A stretch of 64,000 nt of DNA from an uncultured Chloroflexia bacterium (GCA_963726245.1 CAVSBT010000037.1:96001-160000), one strand, 5' to 3'; positions 41,869 to 52,961 are shown, numbered from the stretch's first letter. Notes: generated from the sequence alone by a model not told the origin. Numbers and translations are program-made.

Positions 41869-42266
41869 GCGCCGAAGACATCCCCCAGGTGCCGCCGCTG
41901 TCGCGAATGGTCACCCAGGAGGGAATCCGGCGCTACGCCGCGGCCTCCGGCGACCACAACCCGCTCCACGTCGACGAGGAGTATGCGCGCACGACGCCAT
42001 TCGGCGGCACGATCGCCCACGGCATGCTGGTGCTGGCCTATCTCTCGGAGATGATGGCTGCGGCCTTCGGCAACGACTGGCTGGCCGGCGGGCGCCTGAA
42101 GGTGCGCTTTCGGGGTCCCGCCCGCCCCGGCGACACGCTCACCGCCCACGCCGAGCCGCGCCGCGCCCGTGATGGTGTTTTCGAGTACGGCGTCGAGTGC
42201 AGCAACCAGAGGGGCGAGACCCTGGTCTCCGGCACGGCCGAGGTAGCCATGGGACGGTTCCAGTGA
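41865..42266 (+). CDS. MaoC family (R)-hydratase/dehydratase
   Basis: YAAASGDHNPLHVDEEYA...IAHGM. Confidence 0.92.
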   Translation: MSAEDIPQVPPLSRMVTQEGIRRYAAASGDHNPLHVDEEYARTTPFGGTIAHGMLVLAYLSEMMAAAFGNDWLAGGRLKVRFRGPARPGDTLTAHAEPRRARDGVFEYGVECSNQRGETLVSGTAEVAMGRFQ

Positions 42267-42742
42267 AGGCTATGGAGGAGGAAGAGCGGCTCCGCATCGC
42301 CCGCGGATGCTTCGGATGCGGCGATTTGAACGCCAGGGGCCTCAAGCTGGCCTTCCGGCTGGAGGACGGCGCCGCCGTCGCGGAGCTCGACCCCGACCCG
42401 CACTACCAGGGCTTTCCCGGCCACATGCACGGCGGTCTGGTGGCAACCATGCTCGACGAAGCCATGGGCTGGGCCGCCTACCTCGAGGGCGTCTGGGCCA
42501 TGACCGCGCGCATGCACGTGCGATTCCGCCGGTCGGTACCCCTGGGCCGGCGCCTGCAGGTTCGCGGCTACATCACAAACAAGCGCCATCGCCTGATTCA
42601 AGCGCGTGCAGAGCTGCGTGACGAGGACGGCGCTCTGCTGGCCGAGGGCGAGGGCGCCTTCCTCCGCGTCACCCCAGAAGAGGGCCGCAAGTTCGAAGAG
42701 ATCTTCCGCGCCCGTGCCGGCACCCCCGGCTCGCCCGTCTGA
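42263..42742 (+). CDS. PaaI family thioesterase
   Basis: CFGCG..N..GL, QGFPG.MHGG...MLDEAM. Confidence 0.9.
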   Translation: MKAMEEEERLRIARGCFGCGDLNARGLKLAFRLEDGAAVAELDPDPHYQGFPGHMHGGLVATMLDEAMGWAAYLEGVWAMTARMHVRFRRSVPLGRRLQVRGYITNKRHRLIQARAELRDEDGALLAEGEGAFLRVTPEEGRKFEEIFRARAGTPGSPV

Positions 42743-42836
42743 GGGCTCTCCGGCTGGCCTCCTCGTAGGCACCAGGGCTATCATGGAAGGGAGGCCGCCC
42801 GCGAACCCACGGCGGGGCCTCTGAGTAAGACGACCA

Positions 42837-44072
42837 TTGGCGCGACGCATCATCCTCTACACGGGCAAGGGCGGCGTTGGCAAGACGACGGTCGCTGCCG
42901 CGACCGCTCTTCGCGCCGCCGAGCTCGGCTATCGCACTGTCATTCTCAGCACTGACGCCGCCCACAGCCTGGCCGACGCCTTCGGCATGTCGCTGGGGCC
43001 TGAGCCCGTCCCCGTGGCGCCCAACCTCTGGGGCCAGGAGGGTGACGTCTACTACAGCCTGAGGCGCTGGTGGGGCACCGTGCACGACTGGCTGCGGGCC
43101 CTTCTGCTCTGGCAGGGGGTGGACGAGATGGAGGCGGACGAGGTGGCGGCCGTCCCCGGCATGGAGGAGCTGGCCAACCTCCTCTGGATCAACCGCCACC
43201 ACGAGAGCGGCGACTACGACGTCATTGTGGTGGACTGCGCCCCTACCGGCGAGACGCTGCGCCTCCTCAGCTTCCCCGATTCGGCCCGCTGGTGGATCGA
43301 CAAGCTCCTGCCGCTGCAGCGTCGCCTCTCACACGTGCTGCGGCCCGTGATGCGCCCGCTCACCGGCATGCCCATCCCTGAAAGGGAGGTCTTCGACGCC
43401 GTGGAGGACCTGGTGCGGCAACTGGCCCGCCTGCACGAGGTGCTATCGGACAGGGAGCTGTCCTCCGTTCGCCTGGTGCTCAACCCGGAGAAGATGGTGA
43501 TCAGGGAGACGCAGCGCACCTTCACCTATCTGAACCTGTACGGCTACGTGACCGACGCCGTGGTGTGCAACCGCGTCCTGCCGGAGGGCGTCGGCGACGG
43601 CTACTTCGCCCGCTGGAAGGAGGCCCAGGCGGGCTACGTGAACCTCATCGACGAGGCCTTTGCGCCGCTGCCCATCCTCAGCGCTCCCCTTCTGCGGGAT
43701 GAGGCCACGGGACTGGAGGCGCTCCGGGAGGTCGCCGAGCACGTCTTCGGAGGTGACGACCCAACGCGCATCTACTACCCGGCCCTGGCCCACGAGGTGC
43801 GGGCGGAGGACGGCGGCTTCGTCCTCAGCCTGGGCGCGCCCTTCGCCACCAAAGACGAGGTATCCCTGGCCCAGCGCGGCGACGAGCTATCGGTGCAGGT
43901 GGGGGTCCACCGGCGCAACATCCTTCTGCCGCGCGTCCTCGCCGGCCTTCACGCCGCCAGCGCCCGCGTGGAAGACGGCCGCCTCAACGTCTACTTCCCC
44001 CGCGAAGAAGCGGCGGAGCCGCTCCTAGCGCCAATCCAGTTCAAGAGAGACCCTTCGCTCCGCTCAGGGTGA
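42837..44072 (+). CDS. ArsA/Get3-like ATPase with C-terminal alpha-crystallin-like domain
   Basis: GKGGVGKTT, STDAAHSL, DCAPTGETLR, NPEKMVI, RRNILLP. Confidence 0.92.
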   Translation: MARRIILYTGKGGVGKTTVAAATALRAAELGYRTVILSTDAAHSLADAFGMSLGPEPVPVAPNLWGQEGDVYYSLRRWWGTVHDWLRALLLWQGVDEMEADEVAAVPGMEELANLLWINRHHESGDYDVIVVDCAPTGETLRLLSFPDSARWWIDKLLPLQRRLSHVLRPVMRPLTGMPIPEREVFDAVEDLVRQLARLHEVLSDRELSSVRLVLNPEKMVIRETQRTFTYLNLYGYVTDAVVCNRVLPEGVGDGYFARWKEAQAGYVNLIDEAFAPLPILSAPLLRDEATGLEALREVAEHVFGGDDPTRIYYPALAHEVRAEDGGFVLSLGAPFATKDEVSLAQRGDELSVQVGVHRRNILLPRVLAGLHAASARVEDGRLNVYFPREEAAEPLLAPIQFKRDPSLRSG

Positions 44073-44105
44073 CATAGTTGTCATTCTGAGCGGAGCGAAG
44101 AATCC
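44047..44105. repeat. Inverted REP-like pair overlapping the end of the ArsA-like gene
   Basis: GACCCTTCGCTCCGCTCAGGGTGACA...TGTCATTCTGAGCGGAGCGAAGAATC; related unit near 57493-57518. Confidence 0.75.
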
Positions 44106-44136
44106 ATCTTCGACCTGGGCCAGCGGTCGCCGCCGC

Positions 44137-45061
44137 CTAGCCTTCCTTGGGCTTCCGTAGCGGCCACTCGTTCACGAGGTTGGCCGTCACCTGCTTGCTC
44201 ACGAGCTGGGAGACCAGGTCCACCGTCCATGGCTTCTCCGTCTCCACGGCCGCTATGATCTCCGGCTCGGAGTAGAGGCCGACGTAGCCGGCATGAACGA
44301 GGAAGGTGCGGCCGTTGACGTTCGCAGGCCTCATCGGTGCAGAGCCAGGCGACAAAGGGGCCGATCTCCTCCGGCAACTGCTTCTCCAGCTGGGCAAGCA
44401 TGTTCATGCCCGCCTCGCCAGCGCGCGAGAAGCGGCGGCGCATCTCGTCGCTGAGGGTGAGGCGGGTGGCGGCCAGGGGGCGGATGGCGTTGCAGCGCAC
44501 GCCGTAGCGGCCCATCTCCCGCGCCACCGTGCGCGTCATGCCGACGATGCCCTCCTTCGCCGCCGAGTAGTTGGTCTGGCCGGGGTTCCCCAGCCCGGAC
44601 GTGGAGGAGGTGTTGACGATGACCCCCGGCTGGCGGGCCTGCCGGAAGTAGACGCAGGCGGCCTGCATCAGGTTGAAGTGGCCCTTGACGTGCACGGCGA
44701 TGACGTCGTCGAACTCCTCCTCGCTCATGTTGGCGAGCGTGCGGTCGCGGAGGATGCCGGCGTTGTTGACGACGATGTCCAGCCTGCCGAAGCTGTCGAG
44801 GGCCTGCCTGACGAGCTTCTCGCCGGTGGCGTGCTCGACGACGCTGTCGTAGCTGGCGAGCGCCCGGCCGCCCATCCTCTTGATCTCGTCGACCACCTCG
44901 TCGGCAGGGCCCTTGTCGCCGCCGGTGCCGTCGGTGGCGCCGCCGAAGTCGTTGACGATGACGATGGCGCCCTCAGAGGCGAGCGCCAGCGCCTCGCCCC
45001 TGCCGATGCCGCGGCCGGCGCCCGTCACGATGGCAACCCTGCCCTTGAGTCTCTCGCCCAC
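44137..45061 (-). CDS. SDR family oxidoreductase (one frameshift)
   Basis: TGAGRGIG, VNDFGG, NNAGILRD, YSAAK. Confidence 0.92.
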
Positions 45062-45098
45062 TACTGGTCCCCCTTCTTGAGGTCTGGAGCCGTCCAGG

Positions 45099-48000
45099 CT
45101 ACCAGGATGTCTTCGACTTGTGACTCGCGAACAAGCATGGGTTCACCCAGGATGCACTGTCGCCGCGCCGGCGGTCCGAGCCTTCTACCTCCACCCTTCC
45201 CGTCTCCCCCACCACCTGCCGCAGGCGCTCGACCAGCTCCTCGCAGGCGCGGGCCGAGGGCAGGGCCAGCTCCACGTCCTGGCCGTCGGACTGGCGGACG
45301 CGCAGTCGCACGGGGTCGTCGCCGGGGAAGTCCCGCAGGCAGGCGACCAGCGCCGCCACGCGGGCGCGGTCGGCCGCCTCGTCGTCCGTCTCCTCCAGCG
45401 TGACGCGCAGGACCGTGGGGGAGTGGGGCCCTATGCCCTCTGCCCTTTGCCCTTTGCCTGCGGCCGCCGTTGCTGCTGGAGCTGCAAGCCCTGGCGCCAC
45501 GCTTGCCGGCCGCGTGCCAGCCGGACGGCTCCCCTGGGCCGCCAGCCAGTCGGGGATGGCGAAGGGCGCGCCGCCGCCCGCCTGGTAGAGCGCGACGCGC
45601 TGCACGCCCACCGTGAGCCTCTCGCCTCGCTCGCGGACGCGCACCAGCACGAGCAGGATGTTGCCCTCCATCCACAGCTCGCGCGTCTGCTCGTAGAGGT
45701 CGGGCCAGACGGTGACCTCCAGGCTGCCCGAGAGGTCTTCCATCTCCACGGCCAGGAAGGGGCGGCTGTCGCGGGTGAAGAGAGGCCGCGAGCCGGTGAC
45801 CAGACCCGCCAGCACCAGCTCTCGACCCGACATCTCCGCCGTCACCTCGCTGCAGACGGCGGTTACGTGGGAGGCCAGGGCGCCGGCGGCGGCGCTGAAG
45901 GGGTGCTCGGAGACGTAGACCCCCAGGAGCTCCTTCTCCCAGGCCAGCATCTCCGACCGGGCCAGCTCCGTCTCCTCCGACTCCGCTTGGCCGGCAGGCA
46001 GCCCTGCCTGTCCGGCAGGCAGGTCCAGGGCGGGCAGAGGAGTGGCGGCGCTCTGGCCGAACATGTCGAACATGGTGGACTGCCCGGACTCGCGCAGCCG
46101 CTGCTCGCGCTGGGCGAGGGAGACGATGCGATCCAGGTTGGCCAGCAGGGTGGCCCGCCCGTACGAACGGCCGTCGGGGCGCTGTCCCAGGCTGTCGAGG
46201 GCGCCCGCCTTCACCAGGCTCTCCAGGGCGCGCTTGTTGAGGTTTCGAAGGTTGGCGCGGCGGCAGAAGTCCTCGATGGAGGCGAACTCCCGCCCGCCGC
46301 CTTCGCCTTCGTCGCGAGCGGCGATGAGGCTCTCGGCCGCGCCAGCGCCGACGTTCTTGATGAGGGCCAGCCCGAAGCGGATGGCGGTGCGGCCATCGGG
46401 GAGGGCCTCCAAGGCAAAGTTGACCTGGCTGTGGTTGACGTCGGGCGGCAGGATAGGGATGCCGAGCTTGGCGCACTCGGCGACGGCGCTGGCGATGCGC
46501 TCGTGGGCGCCCGCCGGGTGATGGGGCGCCATCATGAGCACGGCCGTCATGTAGTCGGCCGGGTAGCAGGCCTTCAGGTAGGCCGTCTGGTAGGCGATGG
46601 TGGCGTAGCAGTAGGCGTGGGCCTTGTTGAAGGCGTAGCCGGCGAACGGCAGGATAAGCTCGAAGATCTCGCTGGCCAGCTCCTCACTGTAGCCGCGCGC
46701 CTTCGCCCCATCGAGGAAGCGCTGGCGTTCGGCGCGCATGACCTCAGGGATCTTCTTGCCCATCGCCTTGCGCATGGTGTCGGCGTCGCCCAGGCTGTAG
46801 CCAGCGAACTTCTGGGCGATGAGGAGCACCTGGTCCTGGTAGACGATGACGCCGTAGGTCTCGTCCAGGAGGTCGGACAGGTCCGGGTGCGGGTAGCGGA
46901 TCTGCTCGTGGCCGTGCTTGGCGCGGCAGTAGGTGGGGATGTGCTGCATGGGCCCCGGCCGGTAGAGGGCGACCATGGCCGCCAGGTCGCCGATGCCGGT
47001 CGGCTTCAGCTCCTGGATGTGACGGCGCATGCCGGCGCTCTCCAACTGGAATACCCCGAAGGTCTCCCCTTTCGACAGCATCTCGTAGGTGGCGGCGTCC
47101 CCGTCGGGCAGGTTCGTCAGGTCCACATCTACGCCGTGGGCCTGCCGGATGATCTCCACCGCGCGGTCGAGAATGGTGAGGTTGGTGAGGCCCAGGAGGT
47201 CCATCTTCAGCAGCCCGATGGCCGCCACCTGCTCCATGGCGAACTGGGTCATGGGGATGGCGGCGTCGCCGTCGCTGCTGCGGGCGGGCCTCTGGAGGGG
47301 CACGTGCTCCACGAGCGGCTCGCGGGAGATGACGACGCCGGCAGCATGAGTGCTGGCGTGGCGAGACAGTCCCTCCAGCTTCTGGGCGGTCTCCACCAGG
47401 CGCCGCACCTGCTCGTCCATGTCGTAGAGGGAGCGCAGCTCCGGGTTCTCGTCCAGGGCGCGCTCTATGGTCATGTGGAGGGCGTTGGGCACGAGGCGGG
47501 CGACGCGGTCTGTGTCGGCGTAGCGTAAGGCCGAGTGCGCGGCCCACGTCCCGGATGGCGGCCTTGGCGCCCATGGTGCCGAAGGTGATGATCTGGGCGA
47601 CGCGATCATAGCCGTACTTCTCCGCGACATAGCGGATGACCTCGTCGCGGCGGTCCTCGGCGAAGTCGAGGTCGATGTCCGGCGGCTCGCGGCGCTGGTC
47701 GTGCAGGAAGCGTTCGAAGACCAGGCGGGCGGCCAGGGGGTCGATCTCGGTGACGCCCAGGCAGTAGAGGATGAGGCTGGCGGCGGCGCTGCCGCGTACC
47801 CCCATGCCGATGCCCTGTGATCGCGCGAACTGGGCGATGCCGTTGACCACCAGGATGTAGTTGGTGAAGCCCGTCTTCCGCACCACCTCCAGCTCGTACT
47901 GGAGGCGGCGCTCCACGTCCTCGGAGGCGGCCGGGTAGCGCCGGGCGAGGCCCTCCTGGGTCAGGCGGGCCAGGTGCTCTTCGGAGGAGACGCCGGGCGG

Positions 48001-48849
48001 CAGGTCGGGCTCCGGCAGGTGCAGGCGGCCGAACTCCAGCTCCAGGTCGCAGGCCTGGGCCACCTGCCAGGTGTTGTCGATGGCCTCCGGCAGGTCGGGG
48101 AAGAGGGCGCGCATCTCCTCCTCTGACTTCAGGTAGTAGGAGTCGTCCGACATCCTCATCCGCTTCTCGTCCAGGACGGAGGAGTTGGTGCCGATGCAGA
48201 GGAGGATGTCGTGGATGGGGGCGTCCTCCCGGTAGACGTAGTGGCAGTCGTTCGTAGCCACCAGGGGGATGCCGGTCTCGCGCGAGAGGCTAACCAGGTC
48301 GCGGTTGACGGCGGTGACCTCCGGCATGCTGTGCTCTTGGAGCTCGAGATAGAAGCCGTCGAAGACTTCCTGATACCAGCGGGCCGTCTTCGCCGCCTCC
48401 TCATAGCGACCGTCCATCAGCAGGCGGTGCACTTCGCTGGAGTTGCAGCCGGAGAGGGCGATGATCCCATCGCTGTGCTGCTGGAAGAGCTCCTTGTCCA
48501 TGCGCGGCTTGTAGTAGTAGCCCTCCAGGTTCGCCTTGGTCACCAGGGCCAGCAGGTTGCGATAGCCCTTCAGGTTGCGCGAGAGGAGGGTGATGTGAAA
48601 GGACCGCTTGTCGGCGGGCTCGCGGGAGAGGCGTGAGCCAGGGGCGACGTAGGCCTCGATGCCGATGATCGGCTTGACGCCGCGGGCGCGCGCCTCGCGA
48701 TAGAAGTCGATGGCGGCGTAGAGGACGCCGTGGTCGGTGAGGGCGACGGCCTCCTGGCCCAGCTCGCGGGCGCGGTCCATGAGCTGGGGGATGCGGGAGA
48801 GGCCGTCCAGCAGGCTGTACTCGGTGTGAAGGTGAAGGTGGGTGAACAT
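45099..48849 (-). CDS. dnaE: DNA polymerase III alpha subunit (frameshifted; 3' end uncertain)
   Basis: HLHTEYSLLDG, TDHG, PDIDLDF, HAAGVVI, KMDLLGL, YAFNKAH, EKELLG.YVS.HP. Confidence 0.96.
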
Positions 48850-48965
48850 TCGCGCCGCTATCCGGCCTATTCTAGCAGGCCACGGCAGCAGGCAGGCGAG
48901 CGCTTATGTGAATTTGCCGCCGTCGTGAGGGGCGGGAAAGCGAGGCGGCCAGTGGCGGCGCACAA

Positions 48966-49121
48966 CCCCAGCGTGAACGCTGGGGCATCGGAAGGCGAAT
49001 CTATGCCCCCGCCTTCAGGCGGGGGTGAAGGATTCCCCTACCAACGGTGAGCCAGCATGGCCGCGTAGCGGAAGGCTTTAGCCTTCCACAGAGGCCGTGG
49101 AGGGCTGAAGCCCTCCTCTAC
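48966..49121. repeat. Cluster of palindromes including a REPIN-like doublet and an IS200/IS605-end-like hairpin
   Basis: CCCCAGCGTGAACGCTGGGG; CCCCCGCCTTCAGGCGGGGG; GTAGCGGAAGGCTTTAGCCTTCC...GGAGGGCTGAAGCCCTCCTCTAC. Confidence 0.7.
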
Positions 49122-49173
49122 GCGCGGGGCCTTCGGAGGAACGGAGGTGTCGTCGCGCCAGAGGCTCGGTTGC

Positions 49174-49683
49174 CTAGTGGCTGTGGACGGGGCTGAGGTA
49201 GTGCTCGCGCGCGGCCGAGGGTGAGGCCGCTCGGGCGCGGTCCTTGGCCTGCACGAAGACACGGAAGATCACGGTGGCGACAAGGGCGGCCAGCCAGGTG
49301 TTGAATGCCCCAAGCCAGACCAGCGTCACCGTGGGGATCCAGTAGACGTAGTGAATGTTGTCCAAGCCCAGGCTGTCGGTATTGAGCATGACCACAAAGG
49401 GGAGGATAGCGCCGGCGGCGCCTATGATGCCCGCCCAGATGGCAGCCCATCGGGCGCGGCCCTGGCCGAAGAAGCACCAGGCGAAGGCCACGAGGTTCAG
49501 AAGGGCCGGGAAGAACGTGCCCAGGGCCTGGTCGCGGACCGCCCAGGGTCCTCCGTTGCCGAGGCTCAGGTCCGTGCCCTCATAGAGGGTCATGCGCGAT
49601 TGCAGGAACACCGAAAGGGGAACGGTGACCACGGGGATCAGGAGCACCCACAGAAACGGACAGAACCACTTACGGAGCCACAT
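49174..49683 (-). CDS. Hypothetical 4-TM membrane protein
   Basis: GGAAGG upstream of ATG; four hydrophobic segments. Confidence 0.7.
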   Translation of the reverse strand: MWLRKWFCPFLWVLLIPVVTVPLSVFLQSRMTLYEGTDLSLGNGGPWAVRDQALGTFFPALLNLVAFAWCFFGQGRARWAAIWAGIIGAAGAILPFVVMLNTDSLGLDNIHYVYWIPTVTLVWLGAFNTWLAALVATVIFRVFVQAKDRARAASPSAAREHYLSPVHSH

Positions 49684-49916
49684 AGTCGCCCTTCCTACAT
49701 CTCAAGGAGTGCGGCACCATATTAGGGATTACGCTGCCCCTGTGGGAGTAGGGTTTACCCCTAATTCCGCCGGGAAAACACCCTACTTCTTAACCATTTG
49801 AGTGAAAGACGCCCGCCCATTACTATGGCTGCGGTCAGCGTCAGGGTGGCGCGAGCCTGCCTAGCTCTGGTGAGGCTGTGGACGTCAACATCCTTGACGC
49901 GCGGGGGTAGCACCCA

Positions 49917-52406
49917 TTGGCATCGGACAGGGCGGCCTTCCTAGACGTGCTCGGAGCGCTGGGCCGGCCCCTCGGCCTCTTGAGGAGGTCGGGGGTCGCT
50001 GCGGACCGCACGCGGCCCACGGCCGGCACCTATGCCGGCCTCTTCATGGTCTCCCTCAGCACGCTGATGTACGAAGTCCTCCTGACGCGAATATTCAGCG
50101 TGACCATGTGGTACCACTTCGCCTTCGTCGCCATCTCCGTGGCCCTCTTCGGCATGACCGTCGGCGCGTTGCTGGTCCACCTCCTGCCCGAGCGCTTCCC
50201 GGACGAAAGGGCCAAGGAGCGGCTCTCGCTGTTCGCGCTTCTCTTCGGCCTGTCCGTAGTTGTCAGCTTCCTCACCCAGCTCTCGATCCCCTTCAACCCG
50301 GAGTGGACACTGGCGGGGATCTACTCAGTCGGCTTCACCTACCTGGTGACCTCCGTCCCCTTCATATTCAGCGGCGTCTGCGTTTGCCTGGCCCTCACGA
50401 AGTTCAGCCGGCAGGTCAGCAAGCTGTATGCGGCCGACCTGGTGGGCGCGGCCCTGGGCGCCATCCTCCTCCTCCAGCTCCTCAACGTCCTCGATGGCCC
50501 GTCCGCCGTGATTGCCATCGCCTCCCTCTGCTGCCTCGGCGCGGTGCTCTTCGCCCACGATGCCGGCGCGCGTGTCACCATGGGGCTCGCCGCCGCCTCT
50601 GCCGCCGTGCTCCTCAGCTTCACCGTCGCCAACGCCGTCGCCTACCGGCACCAGGATCCGATCCTGCGACTGACGTGGGTCAAGGGCGAGCAGGAGCAGG
50701 CGGGCCTCTACCAGAAATGGAACTCGTTCTCGCGGATCTTGGTGGGGGGCGACCCGAACATGCCCATCAGGCCCAACTGGGGCGGTATGAGCGTGACGCT
50801 GCCGGCCAGCTTCGAGGCGCGCCAGCTCTCCATGACCATCGATGCCGGCGCCGGCACGGTCCTCACCCACTACGACGGTGACCCGCGGACCATCGAGCAC
50901 ATGAAGTACCAGGTGGTGAACCTGGCGCACTACATCAGGAGCAACGCCGACGTGCTGGTGGTCGGCGTGGGCGGCGGCAGCGACGTGTTGTCGGCGCTGG
51001 CCTTCAACCAGCGCTCTGTCACCGGCGTCGAGATCAATCAGCAGATACTGGACGCCGTCAACAAGGTCTACGGCGACTTCACCGGTCACCTGGACCGCGA
51101 CCCGCGGGTCCGCTTCGTCAACGACGAGGCGAGGAGCTACGTCGCCCGCTCCAAGGACAAGTTCGACATCATTCAGATCTCGTTCATCGACACCTGGGCG
51201 GCGACGGCGGCAGGGGCCTACGCCCTCTCCGAGAACTCGCTCTACACCGTCGAAGGGTGGCAGACCTTCCTCGACCACCTAACCCCCGGCGGGGTGCTGA
51301 CCGTCTCCCGCTGGTACGTCCAGGACCGGCCGCTGGAGGCCTATCGCCTCACAGCGCTGGCAGCGAAGGTCCTGCGCGACCGGGGCATCGATGACCCGCG
51401 CCAGCACGTCTTCCTGGCGGTGGGCCCCGCGCCGTTCGTCTCTGTGGGCACGATCATCGTCAGCCCAAAGCCGTTCTCGCAGGCGGACCTGGCGACGCTG
51501 GAACGCGTCGCAAGCCAGATGCAGTTCGAGGTGGCGGTGGCGCCGGACCAAACCAGCGACCCCATGTTCGGGGCCATCCTCGAGGCGAAGGACCCGGCTG
51601 CCTTCGCCGCCGGCTACTCCTTCGACATCTCGCCGCCGACTGACAACAGGCCCTTCTTCTTTCAGATGGTCCGGCTTCAAGATGTGTTCAAGAGCGTCTC
51701 GGTTTGGGAGGACTACCTCAGGAAGCCGACGCGGGTCCTCTTCTCGCTGACCATCGCCGTCCTGTCGCTGACTTTGATGGCCATCGTCCTGCCGCTGGCC
51801 CTCACCACGAACAGGAAGGCCCTGAAGGGCATGCTGCCGTTCTTCGTGTTCTTCTCGGGCATCGGCCTGGGCTTCCTGCTGGTGGAGGTCTCCCAGTTGC
51901 AGCGCCTCATCATCTTCCTGGGGCACCCGTCTTACGCCCTGTCGGTGGTGCTCTTCTCGCTTCTCCTGTCCAGCGGCATCGGCAGCCTGGCGACCCAGCG
52001 ATTGGGCAACCCGCATCCGCGCCTGTCCACCCTGTGGCCGTTCGTGCCTCTGCTGGCGCTGCTGGTCGTCTTCGGCTTTGCGACGCCTCTCGCCATCGAC
52101 CGGTTTGACTCGGCGACGACGCCGGTGCGCATCGCAGTGGCCACCGCCATGCTGGTACCCGTCGGCTTCCTGATGGGGATGCCCTTCCCCATTGGGATGA
52201 AGATGGCCTCGTTGCGGCCGCAGGCGCCGACGGCGTTCCTGTGGGGCATCAACGGCGCCATGTCGGTGTGCGCGTCGGTGCTGGCCGTGCTCATCGCGAT
52301 GACGTGGGGCGTTTCGACGACGTTCTGGGTGGGGTGCCTGTGCTACGCCGTCGCCCTCGCGGCGCTCAGCTTCACCGTCAGGGCGGAAGCCCAGCGCCGG
52401 GTTTGA
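49917..52406 (+). CDS. Multi-pass membrane protein with spermidine-synthase-like SAM-binding domain
   Basis: LYAADLVGA, VLVVGVGGG.DV, GVEIN, DEARS, ENSLYTVE, TDNRPFF, WGING; start uncertain. Confidence 0.88.
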   Translation: MASDRAAFLDVLGALGRPLGLLRRSGVAADRTRPTAGTYAGLFMVSLSTLMYEVLLTRIFSVTMWYHFAFVAISVALFGMTVGALLVHLLPERFPDERAKERLSLFALLFGLSVVVSFLTQLSIPFNPEWTLAGIYSVGFTYLVTSVPFIFSGVCVCLALTKFSRQVSKLYAADLVGAALGAILLLQLLNVLDGPSAVIAIASLCCLGAVLFAHDAGARVTMGLAAASAAVLLSFTVANAVAYRHQDPILRLTWVKGEQEQAGLYQKWNSFSRILVGGDPNMPIRPNWGGMSVTLPASFEARQLSMTIDAGAGTVLTHYDGDPRTIEHMKYQVVNLAHYIRSNADVLVVGVGGGSDVLSALAFNQRSVTGVEINQQILDAVNKVYGDFTGHLDRDPRVRFVNDEARSYVARSKDKFDIIQISFIDTWAATAAGAYALSENSLYTVEGWQTFLDHLTPGGVLTVSRWYVQDRPLEAYRLTALAAKVLRDRGIDDPRQHVFLAVGPAPFVSVGTIIVSPKPFSQADLATLERVASQMQFEVAVAPDQTSDPMFGAILEAKDPAAFAAGYSFDISPPTDNRPFFFQMVRLQDVFKSVSVWEDYLRKPTRVLFSLTIAVLSLTLMAIVLPLALTTNRKALKGMLPFFVFFSGIGLGFLLVEVSQLQRLIIFLGHPSYALSVVLFSLLLSSGIGSLATQRLGNPHPRLSTLWPFVPLLALLVVFGFATPLAIDRFDSATTPVRIAVATAMLVPVGFLMGMPFPIGMKMASLRPQAPTAFLWGINGAMSVCASVLAVLIAMTWGVSTTFWVGCLCYAVALAALSFTVRAEAQRRV

Positions 52407-52485
52407 CCACCCTCAGGAGCGGATGCTAGCATTGGATTGCGGCGACCGGGAGCGTTTGTGAGGGGGAAGAAGGTGAGAGGGCCGG

Positions 52486-52764
52486 ATGGTTAAGACAAAT
52501 AGCCAGGACTTAGAGACGAGGGTGGAGGAGACGCTGGATGAGATCCGGCCCTATCTCGAATCCCACGGCGGCGACGTGACGCTGCTGGAGGTCACCCCAG
52601 AGAAGGTGGCGAGGCTGCAGCTCCTCGGGGCCTGCGGCGGCTGCCCGATGAGCGCCATGACCCTCAAGTTTGGCATCGAGCGCCTCCTAGAGGACCGCGT
52701 GCCGGAGCTGGCCGGCGTCGAGGCGGTGACCGCGGACGACTTCGACCCGTCGGCGTACGAGTAG
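52486..52764 (+). CDS. NifU-like (Nfu) domain protein
   Basis: IRPYL.SHGGDV, GACGGCPMS..TLK.GIE. Confidence 0.92.
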   Translation: MVKTNSQDLETRVEETLDEIRPYLESHGGDVTLLEVTPEKVARLQLLGACGGCPMSAMTLKFGIERLLEDRVPELAGVEAVTADDFDPSAYE

Positions 52765-52784
52765 AAACCCTCCCAGCACAACTT

Positions 52785-52937
52785 CGAAGGCCAGGCTCAA
52801 GCCTGGCCTTCGGTGCTTGACGTGATCCGCGCCTCCTGACGCCCGCAGCGGAGGCCTTTAGGCCTCCACACTCCCGTCATTCGTCCGAAGGCTGGCCTTG
52901 GGTCACCTTGCGGACGGAGCTGAAGCTCCGTCCCTAC
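52785..52937. repeat. Three REP-like palindromes of different families
   Basis: CGAAGGCCAGGCTCAAGCCTGGCCTTCG; GGAGGCCTTTAGGCCTCC; GGACGGAGCTGAAGCTCCGTCCCTAC. Confidence 0.75.
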
Positions 52938-52961
52938 GTCGCGAAGAAAGGCCCAGCCCCG

